A DNA stretch of 64,000 nt. Origin: a virus. Taxonomy: Duplodnaviria > Caudoviricetes. A model generated the notes under the pieces. It was given only the letters and a program-made list of their open reading frames with translations, was not told where the DNA came from and ran no database searches. The stretch lies in IMG/VR virus record IMGVR_UViG_3300037067_009374, positions 1 through 64,000 of that record, one strand, 5' to 3'. Positions 20,165 to 29,984 of this stretch are shown here, one piece after another. A program made the translations under genes and the position numbers. Each line of letters starts with the position of its first letter. Position 1 is the first letter of the stretch.

Positions 20165-22305
20165 GAAGTAAAAACAAAGCAAAAAAAGTTATTGCATCAG
20201 CAGTGACAGTAGCAATAGCTTTGACGATGTTGCTACCTATATGTTTGACTTGGGCTGGGGTAAAAACACTTACTGATAATCCAGGTGAGTTCAATATATT
20301 TACGTCTAAGATAGCTCCTGTCGCCGGTGATATTTTGGCGATAGAGGATTCAACTAGTACCCCTCTATGGATTAAAAAGAAGATAACTTTTGGTTCGCTT
20401 GATTCTTTATATGTTCCAAAATCTTTATATGATGCTCATTCAGTCCTTGTTGCAAATTTAGATAATACTCCATATAAACTAACTCTAACCGAAGAAACTG
20501 TATTGGGTAGGGTTACTGGTGCAAATATTGCTCCTTTGGATTTGGGGGTTATCCCAGGAAATGTAATGAAAGCTCCCATAGATCCTGGAGCACATACTAT
20601 ATTTGGTTTTGATAATAGTGCAAATATATACAAGAATTTTCAAATAGGAACAGGACTTTCCTATGATCCTTTGACAGGCATATTTTCTTCTACAGCAACT
20701 GGGGTTACAGCACATTCAGCCCTGACGGAACTCGCTTATGGAGATTCGGACCATACCGGCTTTCAGATAGCTAGCTTTGTGAATGTGAAGGAATATGGTG
20801 CTATTGGTGATGGAGTAGCGGACGACACTACCGCAATCCAGGCCGCTTGTGATGTGGGGAAGGATGTTTACTTTCCAGCCGGGACTTACAAAGTATCAAG
20901 CACAATAACCCTAAGCATTGCTGGTAGATATTATGGCGACGGCAGGTTATCGACCATAATAAGAACTACTTCGGCAACGGCTGACACATTCAATATAACA
21001 GCCAATGGTGTCCACATATCCGGGATGTATTTTGACTGCACGACTACAAGGACCGGCGGATATTATATAAATAGCACAGGCATTGCGGGTTATTGTTCCA
21101 TTAGGGACTTCTATATGGATGCCCCTTACTATGGGATACATTGTGCATGGACGCGAGGCGAAATTGATGGCGGCACTATTACCAACCTAGTCGCCGATAA
21201 TGGCATAGGCATTTTAATTGATAACTATGGTGGGGCAACTATCAACAACGTAACCATAATTGGAGATAGTAACAACCAAGCCTATGCAGGAATAATGCTT
21301 ACCCATTCGATACAAATATTCATTTCCCAGTGTAGTGTGATTTATTGCGGGAGGGGGTTGTATTTTTCTGCAACTACACAGGTAATTGACTCCTCTTATA
21401 TAACGGATTGTGTATTTGATTCCAATGAATACAACATATACGTATATTCTGGAGCTTCAGGGAAAACAGTTACAAACACCAATTTGGTAAACCTTGTAGT
21501 TTTCACCTCTACCGTGGGAGCAGGCATTACAACGTATACCGCGAATAGTGGGATGATAGCAAATATTTCTATTACAAACTGTGACGTATTCCATAACTAC
21601 GGGCATGGTATTAACATAAGCGCCGGAACACATGACACTAAAATAGCGAATTGCAATATTAACAATAACGGTCTTACTACTGGCTCTGGGATCTTTCTAG
21701 CAAATGAAGTTGTCGATTATTCTATAGTCGGGAACAAAATCGGTTCAAGTGCGTTCGCAAATGGTAACACCCGCTACGGTATAGAATTTGGGGGCAGCAA
21801 CAGCAAGGGTGTAGTAATTGGGAATTACGAACTTGGGAATACATTGGGAGCCAGAAGTGGGGCACCCACCACGAACTTCGTAAATATCGGGAACTTAACG
21901 GCGACAAGCGGAACCACCTTCGGCATTCCCATTTCAGCCGCTAACAAAATCCTGGGCCGCAAAACATCGGGCGCTGGCGATGCGGAAGAACTGTCGGGAA
22001 CTGACGTTAAGGGGATAATGAGTGTCACAGTCAGTGAGGTAAGTGCTTCGAGGGCATTGGATACGGAGTATACAAACTCAACTGGCGTTCCAATGGATGT
22101 TACTATATCTCCCAGTAATGGTAGTGCTGATTGTGGTTTTAAAGTTTATATTGGATCGTCGTCTGCTAGTACCGAAGTAGCCGCAGCAAATACTCCACGG
22201 TATTATTTAATCCCGATTACATTTAAAGTTCCTGCTGGATGGAAGTATAAATGCACTGCGTCTGCTGCGGGAGGAAGCATATATAAGTGGGTCGAATCCT
22301 ATTGA
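20149..22305 (+). CDS. Tail spike-like protein with Pectate_lyase_3/right-handed beta-helix domain and signal-peptide-like N-terminus
   Basis: FVNVKEYGAIGDGVADDTTAIQAA...VYFPAGTYKVS; beta-helix repeats; basic then hydrophobic N-terminus. Confidence 0.85.
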   Translation: MESGIRSKNKAKKVIASAVTVAIALTMLLPICLTWAGVKTLTDNPGEFNIFTSKIAPVAGDILAIEDSTSTPLWIKKKITFGSLDSLYVPKSLYDAHSVLVANLDNTPYKLTLTEETVLGRVTGANIAPLDLGVIPGNVMKAPIDPGAHTIFGFDNSANIYKNFQIGTGLSYDPLTGIFSSTATGVTAHSALTELAYGDSDHTGFQIASFVNVKEYGAIGDGVADDTTAIQAACDVGKDVYFPAGTYKVSSTITLSIAGRYYGDGRLSTIIRTTSATADTFNITANGVHISGMYFDCTTTRTGGYYINSTGIAGYCSIRDFYMDAPYYGIHCAWTRGEIDGGTITNLVADNGIGILIDNYGGATINNVTIIGDSNNQAYAGIMLTHSIQIFISQCSVIYCGRGLYFSATTQVIDSSYITDCVFDSNEYNIYVYSGASGKTVTNTNLVNLVVFTSTVGAGITTYTANSGMIANISITNCDVFHNYGHGINISAGTHDTKIANCNINNNGLTTGSGIFLANEVVDYSIVGNKIGSSAFANGNTRYGIEFGGSNSKGVVIGNYELGNTLGARSGAPTTNFVNIGNLTATSGTTFGIPISAANKILGRKTSGAGDAEELSGTDVKGIMSVTVSEVSASRALDTEYTNSTGVPMDVTISPSNGSADCGFKVYIGSSSASTEVAAANTPRYYLIPITFKVPAGWKYKCTASAAGGSIYKWVESY

Positions 22306-22342
22306 GCTATTATTGTCAAAGGCGATTTGGGGGATCGGGTCA

Positions 22343-22410
22343 CCTGGAGAAAATTACAATATTAGTGGGGGGGTGGATTAAGTTGGGCAAAATGGACTGA
22401 GCAGTATTAA
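22343..22410 (+). pseudogene. Vestigial fibre C-terminal tip fragment
   Basis: Reads PGENYNISGG/GGLSWAKWTEQY* with a frameshift in a G7 run; resembles the neighbours' ends KWVESY* and GWDEAY*. Confidence 0.55.
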
Positions 22411-22429
22411 TCTATAGGAATAAAATCAC

Positions 22430-23290
22430 ATGGCGACGAATATTTATGAATATGATACAGTAGACCCAAGTCTGCTTGGGTGGAACACTCTATTGTCGAA
22501 CAATTTCACCAAAGCAGAGTTGTATAACCATACTTATTTAAGGTATCAAGTTGCCAGTGGTGAGGTTGCAGTATCAGGTGAAATCGCTAATCTGTATAAA
22601 AACACCTGGCGCAAAGCTTATGCAGATGGTGTTAAACAACCTGTTGCAGGAATATTTCTTGAGTCAGGTGTCAGTGGAGAGTGGGTTAGAGTACGTACTT
22701 TAGGACCACTAACTTCAAATGATTTCAATTTTTTGGGAAGTGGAGAGTATATTTACTTAGGAGTAAGTGGGGAATTGACTGCAAGTGTCCCTGCTTCAAA
22801 TCCAGAGGTGGTTGGTTATGCTCTAGGAAATAAAGAGTTGTTCATTAGACCACAATATCTTAACCCAGCTACAGCTATTGCAAATGGATCTATAACTTTT
22901 GTAAAGATACAAGATGTTACAACAGCAAGAGTGCTAGGGAGAAAAACTGCTAGTCCAGGGGCAATAGAGGAGCTTGATACTGATGATGTAAAAAACTTGA
23001 CAAACATCATACATCACGATGAAACAGCGAATAGGGACTTTGGTCAGATATACCAAAACACTACAGGAAGAACAATGCGAGTAACAGCCATAGGTTGGGC
23101 CGACACGAATAGTTCTTCCTTTATTGGGTATGTCAGCACAACAACCCCTCCAACAGGATTGTTGCATTGGGTGACCAAGAATGCCAATGAAAGGCACACG
23201 GTGATACTTGATGTTCCCAACAATAGTTATTACAAGATACTTGTTTCAGGTGGGGCCGTGGCTAAGGATGGCTGGGATGAAGCATATTAA
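22430..23290 (+). CDS. Short tail fibre-like protein
   Basis: N-terminus paralogous to the 19628 ORF; C-terminus (VLGRKT...YQNTTGRTM) paralogous to the 20149 ORF. Confidence 0.7.
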   Translation: MATNIYEYDTVDPSLLGWNTLLSNNFTKAELYNHTYLRYQVASGEVAVSGEIANLYKNTWRKAYADGVKQPVAGIFLESGVSGEWVRVRTLGPLTSNDFNFLGSGEYIYLGVSGELTASVPASNPEVVGYALGNKELFIRPQYLNPATAIANGSITFVKIQDVTTARVLGRKTASPGAIEELDTDDVKNLTNIIHHDETANRDFGQIYQNTTGRTMRVTAIGWADTNSSSFIGYVSTTTPPTGLLHWVTKNANERHTVILDVPNNSYYKILVSGGAVAKDGWDEAY

Positions 23291-23321
23291 AATTGCAGTT
23301 TAAGTTATAAGGAGATGAAAA

Positions 23322-23750
23322 ATGCCTACTTTCAGAAATGACAATCTTGTACCTGTAAGAGTTACTAATTTTTCTGGTGAAGCACAAGTAGTACCACCTG
23401 GACACTCTGTTAAATCTTATCAAGATTTAACTGTAGATGGATTCACAGAAACTTCTGTTAGTCCAGTTGATTCACCTACATTTAATTGGAATGTAGTAAT
23501 GATAGGAGTAGTAGGTGGGTCAGGAATAGTAACAGTTGGTAAAAGAATTACTGGATTAGAAATATTTAATAGAGTTGATAGTAGTGGGGAAGTTGATATT
23601 CATTTTAACAATGCTGCCGGTCCTCGTGCCGCTTTATTGCTTCCTGGTAGAGGTATTGAATTTGCAAAAGAAGATGTGTGGGGAAAAGTTAGTACTGTTA
23701 TAGTTGAATCTACTTTTGGTGCAGTAGTAGATATAAGAGAAATGCAATAA
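23322..23750 (+). CDS. Hypothetical beta-rich protein
   Basis: AAGGAG RBS; clean ORF. Confidence 0.6.
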   Translation: MPTFRNDNLVPVRVTNFSGEAQVVPPGHSVKSYQDLTVDGFTETSVSPVDSPTFNWNVVMIGVVGGSGIVTVGKRITGLEIFNRVDSSGEVDIHFNNAAGPRAALLLPGRGIEFAKEDVWGKVSTVIVESTFGAVVDIREMQ

Positions 23751-23818
23751 AAATGGTTTTCAATTGACAAAAAGGAGAAATTGTTTGATTACTTTTTCAA
23801 CTTTAAGAGGATAAATAA

Positions 23819-25231
23819 ATGTCAAATAAAACCAAATTTATATTATTTTTGTTTGCACTTTGGTTTGGGTTTGCTGAATTTGCAAGTGCCCAAACTTCTT
23901 TTGAAGGAATAAGAATACCCAAAACTGCTACTCAAGCAGAAGCAGAAGCTGGTACATCTACTGCTGTTAGATCATGGACACCTGATCTTGTAAAAAAAGC
24001 AATAGATGCCGCTATTGTAGGTAAAGCTGCCACAAATCAATTATTCTTCTTAGGTACAACGCAAGTCGCAATTAACAGGGGAATAGGTGCTTTATCACTT
24101 GCAGGAGTTAGCCTCGATAATGCAGGAGCGCAGTTTTATGATACGTCTGCTCCCACAAAGACTGTCAAGATAGACCCATCCAATCAGGCGCCTGGTAATA
24201 TGGGTACTATCCAGGCACCAGATGGTGGGACAGCAATACTCCCTGCTGGTACGTTGGTTACAGCAGCAAACGTCATAAATCAAGCAATTACTGGATTTAC
24301 ATCTGGTGCAGCAGCTTTAGTTGCGACTGATAGTATTTTACAGGCAATTCAAAAGCTTGATGGAAATATTGCAACTAAAGCAGCAGTCAATGCGGACACT
24401 ACGGGTTCTGCGGGTAGTATAAAATCTACTGCCACAACAGGTAAGATTACGATTTCCGGCCCTGCTGCCGGACAGACACGAGCCTGGACTGTACCCGATG
24501 CTGATGTGACAATTCCTGCTGGTACTTTGGCTGTAGTATCTGGCGCGTTCGGCACACCTTCATTTACCGCACTCAACGCACCTACGAGCGATGCCGATCC
24601 AGGAACTACTGCGGGGCAGATAAAACATGATTCCACCGATACTGCAAGCAACTCTGGTGGAACTTTTAAATGGTACGATGGGGCACAGGTACGCAATTTC
24701 ATTGATACTGGAAATAATTATACCATAATCACCAAGACAGAGTTTCTGCCTATTCGTTACGCTGAGGATGGTACAACTGCTCCAGCTACCGCGGCACAGA
24801 TTGGGACAACTCATGTCATCGGTCGATCCTTCACGGAAGGTGATGATGTTGTATTCACGTGGATTGTTCCGAATGATTATGTCGGAGGGGTGAAGTATCG
24901 AGTTATCTATGCTTTGTCAGCTAACGCCCAAGCCAATGAAACAGTAATTTTTAGCATGACAGGCTGCACAGTAGCGCACAGTGCTGCGCTTGCTTGTGCG
25001 GGAGGAACAGCTCTAACAGTTACCCACGAACTCACGACTGATGAGGACACTAGTGAGGCTATGATTACAGCCTATTCCGCTGAGTCGAATGCTGACTGGA
25101 ATGTGGCGGCGGGTAGCATAACTCGTTTAGCTTTCTCCAACGCCGCTGCTGGGGACTATACTGGCGAGCCTCTTGTAATCGGCATTGAAATCAAGTACAA
25201 GGCCAAGATTATAGGTTTTGATGGATATTAA
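23819..25231 (+). CDS. Fibre-like protein with Sec signal peptide
   Basis: MSNKTKFILFLFALWFGFAEFASA|Q; ATQAEAEAGTS and ATDSILQAIQKLDGNI fibre-type repeats. Confidence 0.65.
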   Translation: MSNKTKFILFLFALWFGFAEFASAQTSFEGIRIPKTATQAEAEAGTSTAVRSWTPDLVKKAIDAAIVGKAATNQLFFLGTTQVAINRGIGALSLAGVSLDNAGAQFYDTSAPTKTVKIDPSNQAPGNMGTIQAPDGGTAILPAGTLVTAANVINQAITGFTSGAAALVATDSILQAIQKLDGNIATKAAVNADTTGSAGSIKSTATTGKITISGPAAGQTRAWTVPDADVTIPAGTLAVVSGAFGTPSFTALNAPTSDADPGTTAGQIKHDSTDTASNSGGTFKWYDGAQVRNFIDTGNNYTIITKTEFLPIRYAEDGTTAPATAAQIGTTHVIGRSFTEGDDVVFTWIVPNDYVGGVKYRVIYALSANAQANETVIFSMTGCTVAHSAALACAGGTALTVTHELTTDEDTSEAMITAYSAESNADWNVAAGSITRLAFSNAAAGDYTGEPLVIGIEIKYKAKIIGFDGY

Positions 25232-25232
25232 T

Positions 25233-25835
25233 ATGGATAGAAGAGACTTTCTAAAAACAGTCGGGAAGACCACTACGTACATTTTTGCAGGTGGTCTGTT
25301 CGTGCCAAAGTATGATATCATTCGACCAGCAGATGCCCGAATGAATCCATATATTGCTGGGGGTGTTGGTCTTTGTGCCGGTGATATGTCTCCCGCATAT
25401 GTGGGAGACACGGTATTTGCACGTGCTCCTGACGATTGGACGCAGTATCGGGCGACGAAGTTTGTGGCCTCATGTGCTTATACCCTCAAGAGTGTAACAG
25501 TACAAATTGGTGTACAAGGAACATTTAGTACTACAGTTTATTGTTCACTTATGTCTTTTACTACGGCCCCTAGTGGTACTCTTGCAAGTGCTAGCGATCA
25601 TGTTCATCCATCCGGGAGTAGGGCTAGTTACATATTTCCTTTCGCAGGATACACCCTATCGGCTGGTACTGCTTATGCTATTGAGTTGGGGTCTAGTAGT
25701 ACTGGCGATGCATCTAATTATCTTCTTCTGGGTATATCCAATAAAACAGGTCAATGGTTGTATAACAGCAATGATGCTTCTACTTGGTATGAGGGCACAG
25801 CTAATTATCAAATAACATTTACAGTAGGTATATAA
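25233..25835 (+). CDS. Tat-signal protein with beta-sandwich domain
   Basis: MDRRDFLK twin-arginine motif, with A-D-A cleavage site before RMNPY. Confidence 0.7.
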   Translation: MDRRDFLKTVGKTTTYIFAGGLFVPKYDIIRPADARMNPYIAGGVGLCAGDMSPAYVGDTVFARAPDDWTQYRATKFVASCAYTLKSVTVQIGVQGTFSTTVYCSLMSFTTAPSGTLASASDHVHPSGSRASYIFPFAGYTLSAGTAYAIELGSSSTGDASNYLLLGISNKTGQWLYNSNDASTWYEGTANYQITFTVGI

Positions 25836-25905
25836 ATAATTTCCTGCTCATAGGAGTCAAAAATGGGAGCCTTATTCGGTGGGGGTGGCGACATTCCTGA
25901 CATAA

Positions 25906-26511
25906 CTAATTTACATAACTGATCTTATTTCTCATTTCCACAGTAAATATTTTATCTGCTGCTTTATTTACTCTCTCCACATCACTTATCATCAATATTT
26001 GAAGGTTACATTCTCTAGTCAACATCTTCGCCATATCAGAACAGTTTTCTTGTTCTTTATCTCCATGAAGATTTCTAAATGGTTCATCAGTTGCAAAGAA
26101 TAAACGATTACCTGTTTTATTCCTTTTCAAGAATAGAAAAGCAATCTTTAGAGCAAAACAAGTTACATCTTTTACACCACCCCCAACAAAATCTGTTTCT
26201 TTTCCATCTTTCATGAACAACAGATCACACTCAGTTCGGCCTCGGCGCTGGACAAATTTAACAAGGAACTGATCTGGATCTTCAAAGACTGCTGATAATG
26301 CAGTTGATACTAAATTTGAAATCCTATACTCAAGGTTTCTTTGTGTTTCTTCTGCTTTTTGTTGACAATACACTTGAGCAGCTTTAGCAGCAATTTGATC
26401 TTGTTCCAATAACTGTGTTGATTGTTTATATGTTTCAATATTCCTTAAAAGGAAATCTCGGTTTGTTTTTTCATCAGTGAATTTTTGTTTAAGTTTTTGG
26501 TATTCAATCAT
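25906..26511 (-). CDS. Rad50/SbcC (gp46-like) ATPase, C-terminal half
   Basis: Coiled coil, then signature variant VGGG, Walker B/D-loop FFATDEPFRNLH and ILMISD. Confidence 0.8.
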   Translation of the reverse strand: MIEYQKLKQKFTDEKTNRDFLLRNIETYKQSTQLLEQDQIAAKAAQVYCQQKAEETQRNLEYRISNLVSTALSAVFEDPDQFLVKFVQRRGRTECDLLFMKDGKETDFVGGGVKDVTCFALKIAFLFLKRNKTGNRLFFATDEPFRNLHGDKEQENCSDMAKMLTRECNLQILMISDVERVNKAADKIFTVEMRNKISYVN

Positions 26512-26683
26512 ATTCTCAATCCCTTAAAATGATTTATAACTTCTTTAATCAAATCTCTTTCTATAATTAAAACATCAGTCAAACTTTTTTCTGGGGAAAG
26601 CCCAAACCAAAATATTAAAGTAGTTAAAAACCATGTAATAAATACTATTACTATAAGGGGGGATGCCATTAAATAAAATTCTT

Positions 26684-26923
26684 TCATAATGGAAACACTT
26701 GTTTAAGATGGGTTAACTTCTCATTAATCTGTTTGTCAATGTTAATCATTTCTGTTTCATTTGTTGATAACCATTTAAAAACGAAATTTTCAGAACAGTT
26801 ACCAATTTCTTTTTTCAAACTTTCTTCATTTGTTTTTAAAGAACCTTCATCCTGTGCGATAGTTCTTTCTGTTTCAGTGATGGCTTTTTTATAGGACTGG
26901 ATATCTTGAATTATATTACTCAT
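26684..26923 (-). CDS. Small coiled-coil protein
   Basis: Heptad pattern; lies within the SbcCD cluster. Confidence 0.5.
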   Translation of the reverse strand: MSNIIQDIQSYKKAITETERTIAQDEGSLKTNEESLKKEIGNCSENFVFKWLSTNETEMINIDKQINEKLTHLKQVFPL

Positions 26924-27837
26924 GCTGGAATACTCCTTTCTACAAACTCGATTGCCTTTTCACTAAGTCCAGAAGTAGATAATCCTAATCTAAGATTCAA
27001 TAAATAATCAAGACCAGATTCCTCTATATTTTCATTCAGCTTTTCTTTTAGATCATTAAGTTCCTTACTTTGTTCTTTCTCCTTAGAAATCTTTTCGATA
27101 TTCATAACCTGAGAAATATCTTTACAAGGAATATAATGAATCTCACCCTTTCTTGTCTCTGTATCAAAGATAAAAATACAAGGTTTATGATCCATTTGAT
27201 CTGATTTTTGTCTCATTAAAGAACCAGTATTAAGTAGCCATGTATTTTTTTCATAATCTTGTGCTACAACTGTTTTATGATTATCTCCAGATACTATAAG
27301 ATCAAAATCATTATCCCTTAAAAACTTTCTTGCACTATCATAATTCTCTTGACCATACCATATCTTTTCAGAGATCATCATAGAATGGATAATAAGAATA
27401 TTAAATGCTTCTGGATCTTCTATTTCAGGAATGGGATCATTCCATCCAGCACCATAAATATGAATTCCTTCTTCTGGTTCGAACATATCACCATAAGTTA
27501 ATAGTTGGATTGATTTAGCTGCTGAGAATGTCATGATAGGAGTATTTTCAAGATCATTTGAATGATACCTCATATCATGTTGACCTGCTACATCTATTCC
27601 CATTACTCCTTTTTCTTTCCAATTGAGGAAAAGATCAATGTATCTTTGAGTAATAGAATAAGGCAATGTGGCAGAGTTGGTCAAGTCCCCTGCTCTTAAA
27701 ATATAAGGAATTTGATTGTGATAAGCAAAATTATAAACATAATCACATTTCCTGAATAATTCTGCTTCAAAATCATCTACTCTATTTTTAGGTGGTGTTG
27801 ATCTTAAATGCCAATCCGAAGTACATAAGAATTTCAT
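26920..27837 (-). CDS. Mre11/SbcD (gp47-like) metallophosphoesterase nuclease
   Basis: SDWH, AGDL, GQHD, IIH, SGDNH and NTGSL motifs. Confidence 0.9.
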   Translation of the reverse strand: MKFLCTSDWHLRSTPPKNRVDDFEAELFRKCDYVYNFAYHNQIPYILRAGDLTNSATLPYSITQRYIDLFLNWKEKGVMGIDVAGQHDMRYHSNDLENTPIMTFSAAKSIQLLTYGDMFEPEEGIHIYGAGWNDPIPEIEDPEAFNILIIHSMMISEKIWYGQENYDSARKFLRDNDFDLIVSGDNHKTVVAQDYEKNTWLLNTGSLMRQKSDQMDHKPCIFIFDTETRKGEIHYIPCKDISQVMNIEKISKEKEQSKELNDLKEKLNENIEESGLDYLLNLRLGLSTSGLSEKAIEFVERSIPA

Positions 27838-27997
27838 TTCTTCTCCACTGTATAAGTTATTCCTCTTTCATCTATATTGGCTCCTACCATTTTTTCATTT
27901 TCTTTTATCTCCCCAACATTTTTAAAAAGTTGTTCTAATCTTTCCCATGAGATAAATCCTACTACTCCAGTATTAGATCGTCCAATTAATATTTTCA

Positions 27998-29131
27998 TCA
28001 GAAAGGTGCCTTTCCACTTTTAACATCATCAGGTAAATTGCAAGTAATCTCAAAAATGGGGCAGGTATCAACAGAACTGAGCAAATTTTGCAGTTGGGAT
28101 TTTTTATTTTTAATGATATCTTGGTTGTCGTGGATTTTAGTTCTCAGTCTTGATACTTGCTCTGATACATTTTTAACTTTATCTTTCAAGGAAACTATCA
28201 TTCCACGCTTCTCAATAAGCAATTCTATGTCGTTCAGAACTGCTTTTGACTTCAAAAATTCATGTTTCTTTTTGATGTTCTCTTTTAGTCTTTGGACATT
28301 CTTTAAAAGTGTCCTGATATTTTGAACAGATATGGTTAAAGTATTCTTCTTGTTTAGAAGTTCCTCAACTTCTATCAATATTGGTTTACATTTTAACCAT
28401 TCATTATTATCAGTTATCCTTTCCTTTAAAAGAGTAATTGAAGTAGAAATCTCTTGCACCTTTGAAACTTTAGATTCAATGCCAATTCTTCTATTGATTA
28501 GTTCGTCAATTCCTAAGAACAGTGGTTCTATAGAATCTAAATAAGAAAGGTTCTTTACTTCTTTTTCAGCATCAGTGAGGGATTGTTTTGTTTCTCTCAG
28601 TTTTGTGGTTATTTCATCAACAAACCTTTTAACATTATCAGATACTTTGTCGATAATAGTTAGGCCACAAAACTCATTTAACTTTTTTGCCACTTCTCCT
28701 GGTGATGTGTGTTTGCTTAAAAGGAATCTATCATCTTCTTGGCCCTGAATATTTATTTCATCTATCCGAGATATATCAAAAATCTCTTCTGGTACATCGG
28801 AACGTAAAGCTTCTAACATACCAACATCATTACCATTTGCATATCTGTACCCATTTATTGCATTTTCACCGGTTGCTTCGTTTCTTTCTCTGCATATAGA
28901 ACCATTATCAAATATAATTTCCACTGATGATGTATCTTTTTTATTAACTGGATATGTTATAGGTCGAAAACTTAAACCACGAAGATTATTGAGGAAACAC
29001 CACTCGATTCCACTTTGAATCACAGACTTGCCGTTTCCTGTAGAACCTGCTATCACATTCAAGCCAGGATCAAGTTCTAGTTCAGAATCTTTATGGCTTG
29101 CAAAGTTTTTAAGTTTGATTTTTTTTACCAT
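27998..29131 (-). CDS. Rad50/SbcC ATPase, N-terminal half
   Basis: IKLKNFASH...GLNVIAGSTGNGKS Walker A; Q-loop; coiled coil ending in CPIF...C (possible zinc hook). Confidence 0.88.
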   Translation of the reverse strand: MVKKIKLKNFASHKDSELELDPGLNVIAGSTGNGKSVIQSGIEWCFLNNLRGLSFRPITYPVNKKDTSSVEIIFDNGSICRERNEATGENAINGYRYANGNDVGMLEALRSDVPEEIFDISRIDEINIQGQEDDRFLLSKHTSPGEVAKKLNEFCGLTIIDKVSDNVKRFVDEITTKLRETKQSLTDAEKEVKNLSYLDSIEPLFLGIDELINRRIGIESKVSKVQEISTSITLLKERITDNNEWLKCKPILIEVEELLNKKNTLTISVQNIRTLLKNVQRLKENIKKKHEFLKSKAVLNDIELLIEKRGMIVSLKDKVKNVSEQVSRLRTKIHDNQDIIKNKKSQLQNLLSSVDTCPIFEITCNLPDDVKSGKAPF

Positions 29132-29269
29132 ATTTTATTGTTCTCCAAAAATAGTAACAAGGTTCTCCACGAAAACAAATAGTTAATATCCATCTAAATG
29201 GGAAAAGAAAATCTACTGATCTTTGATTTATTCGGATAGGTTTCCACCATTTTATATCATCTACTGTTC

Positions 29270-29824
29270 TCATACTTGTCCTTGAATTTTTCGTGAATAA
29301 AAAAGAGTGATTAAAATAGCATCACTACGACCATCAAATATTCCTCCTCTTGGTCCTCTCAAAAAAAGTTTTGGAAAAAGATTTTCTGCTTTTCTACAAC
29401 TATCCCCTTTAGTATCTCTACCAATCGAAAAGTGCTTCTGCCATTCTTTCGGGGTTGTTTCTTCATAACTTATGCCAAGAGCATCAAGAGCCATCAAGAC
29501 TTCACCATATTGTTTACCAGTGTTGAATCCTGATATTGCACTTTGATCGGGCATGGCTTGTTGCTTTTCAATACAACATAAACATTGATAAGGTTTAGAT
29601 TTATCAGAGGATATTATTTCATCAAGAAGTTCCAATAACTTTTTTCTGTCTATAAAAACTTTTGTTTGGATTACTTTTTTTGGAGTAATAGATCGTTTGG
29701 ATCTAACTTCTTTCTTGGTTTCAAATGTTGGTAGATCATGAACATCATAAGATCCATCTGAATGAATTACTCCAATAGCCCCTTTTTGTCCTGGGTCAAT
29801 TCCAATTATGATCATTATAGCCAT
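29270..29824 (-). CDS. RuvC-like Holliday junction resolvase
   Basis: IIGIDPGQKGAIG...IEKQ...PKEWQK...DGRSDAILI. Confidence 0.85.
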   Translation of the reverse strand: MAIMIIIGIDPGQKGAIGVIHSDGSYDVHDLPTFETKKEVRSKRSITPKKVIQTKVFIDRKKLLELLDEIISSDKSKPYQCLCCIEKQQAMPDQSAISGFNTGKQYGEVLMALDALGISYEETTPKEWQKHFSIGRDTKGDSCRKAENLFPKLFLRGPRGGIFDGRSDAILITLFYSRKIQGQV

Positions 29825-29984
29825 CCTGTAGTTAATTTAAACACCCAATAAAGTAAATAAATAACTGTGAATGTTGGTAAGTAAAATAATGCTGAAAAAT
29901 CGTAAGGTTTATCACTTTGTTTAAGTGACCAATAAAGACTAAATATATATAGTATAGTTACTATGCCCCAAATTGGAACTGTCA

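Noticed and set aside
23764-23795. Sigma70 promoter at TTGACA before the 23819 gene
   Set aside because: No convincing -10 hexamer at 16-18 nt spacing
19628-25835. Diversity-generating retroelement or invertase shufflon in the fibre region
   Set aside because: No reverse transcriptase or invertase, no adenine-specific TR/VR pair and no inverted cassettes seen
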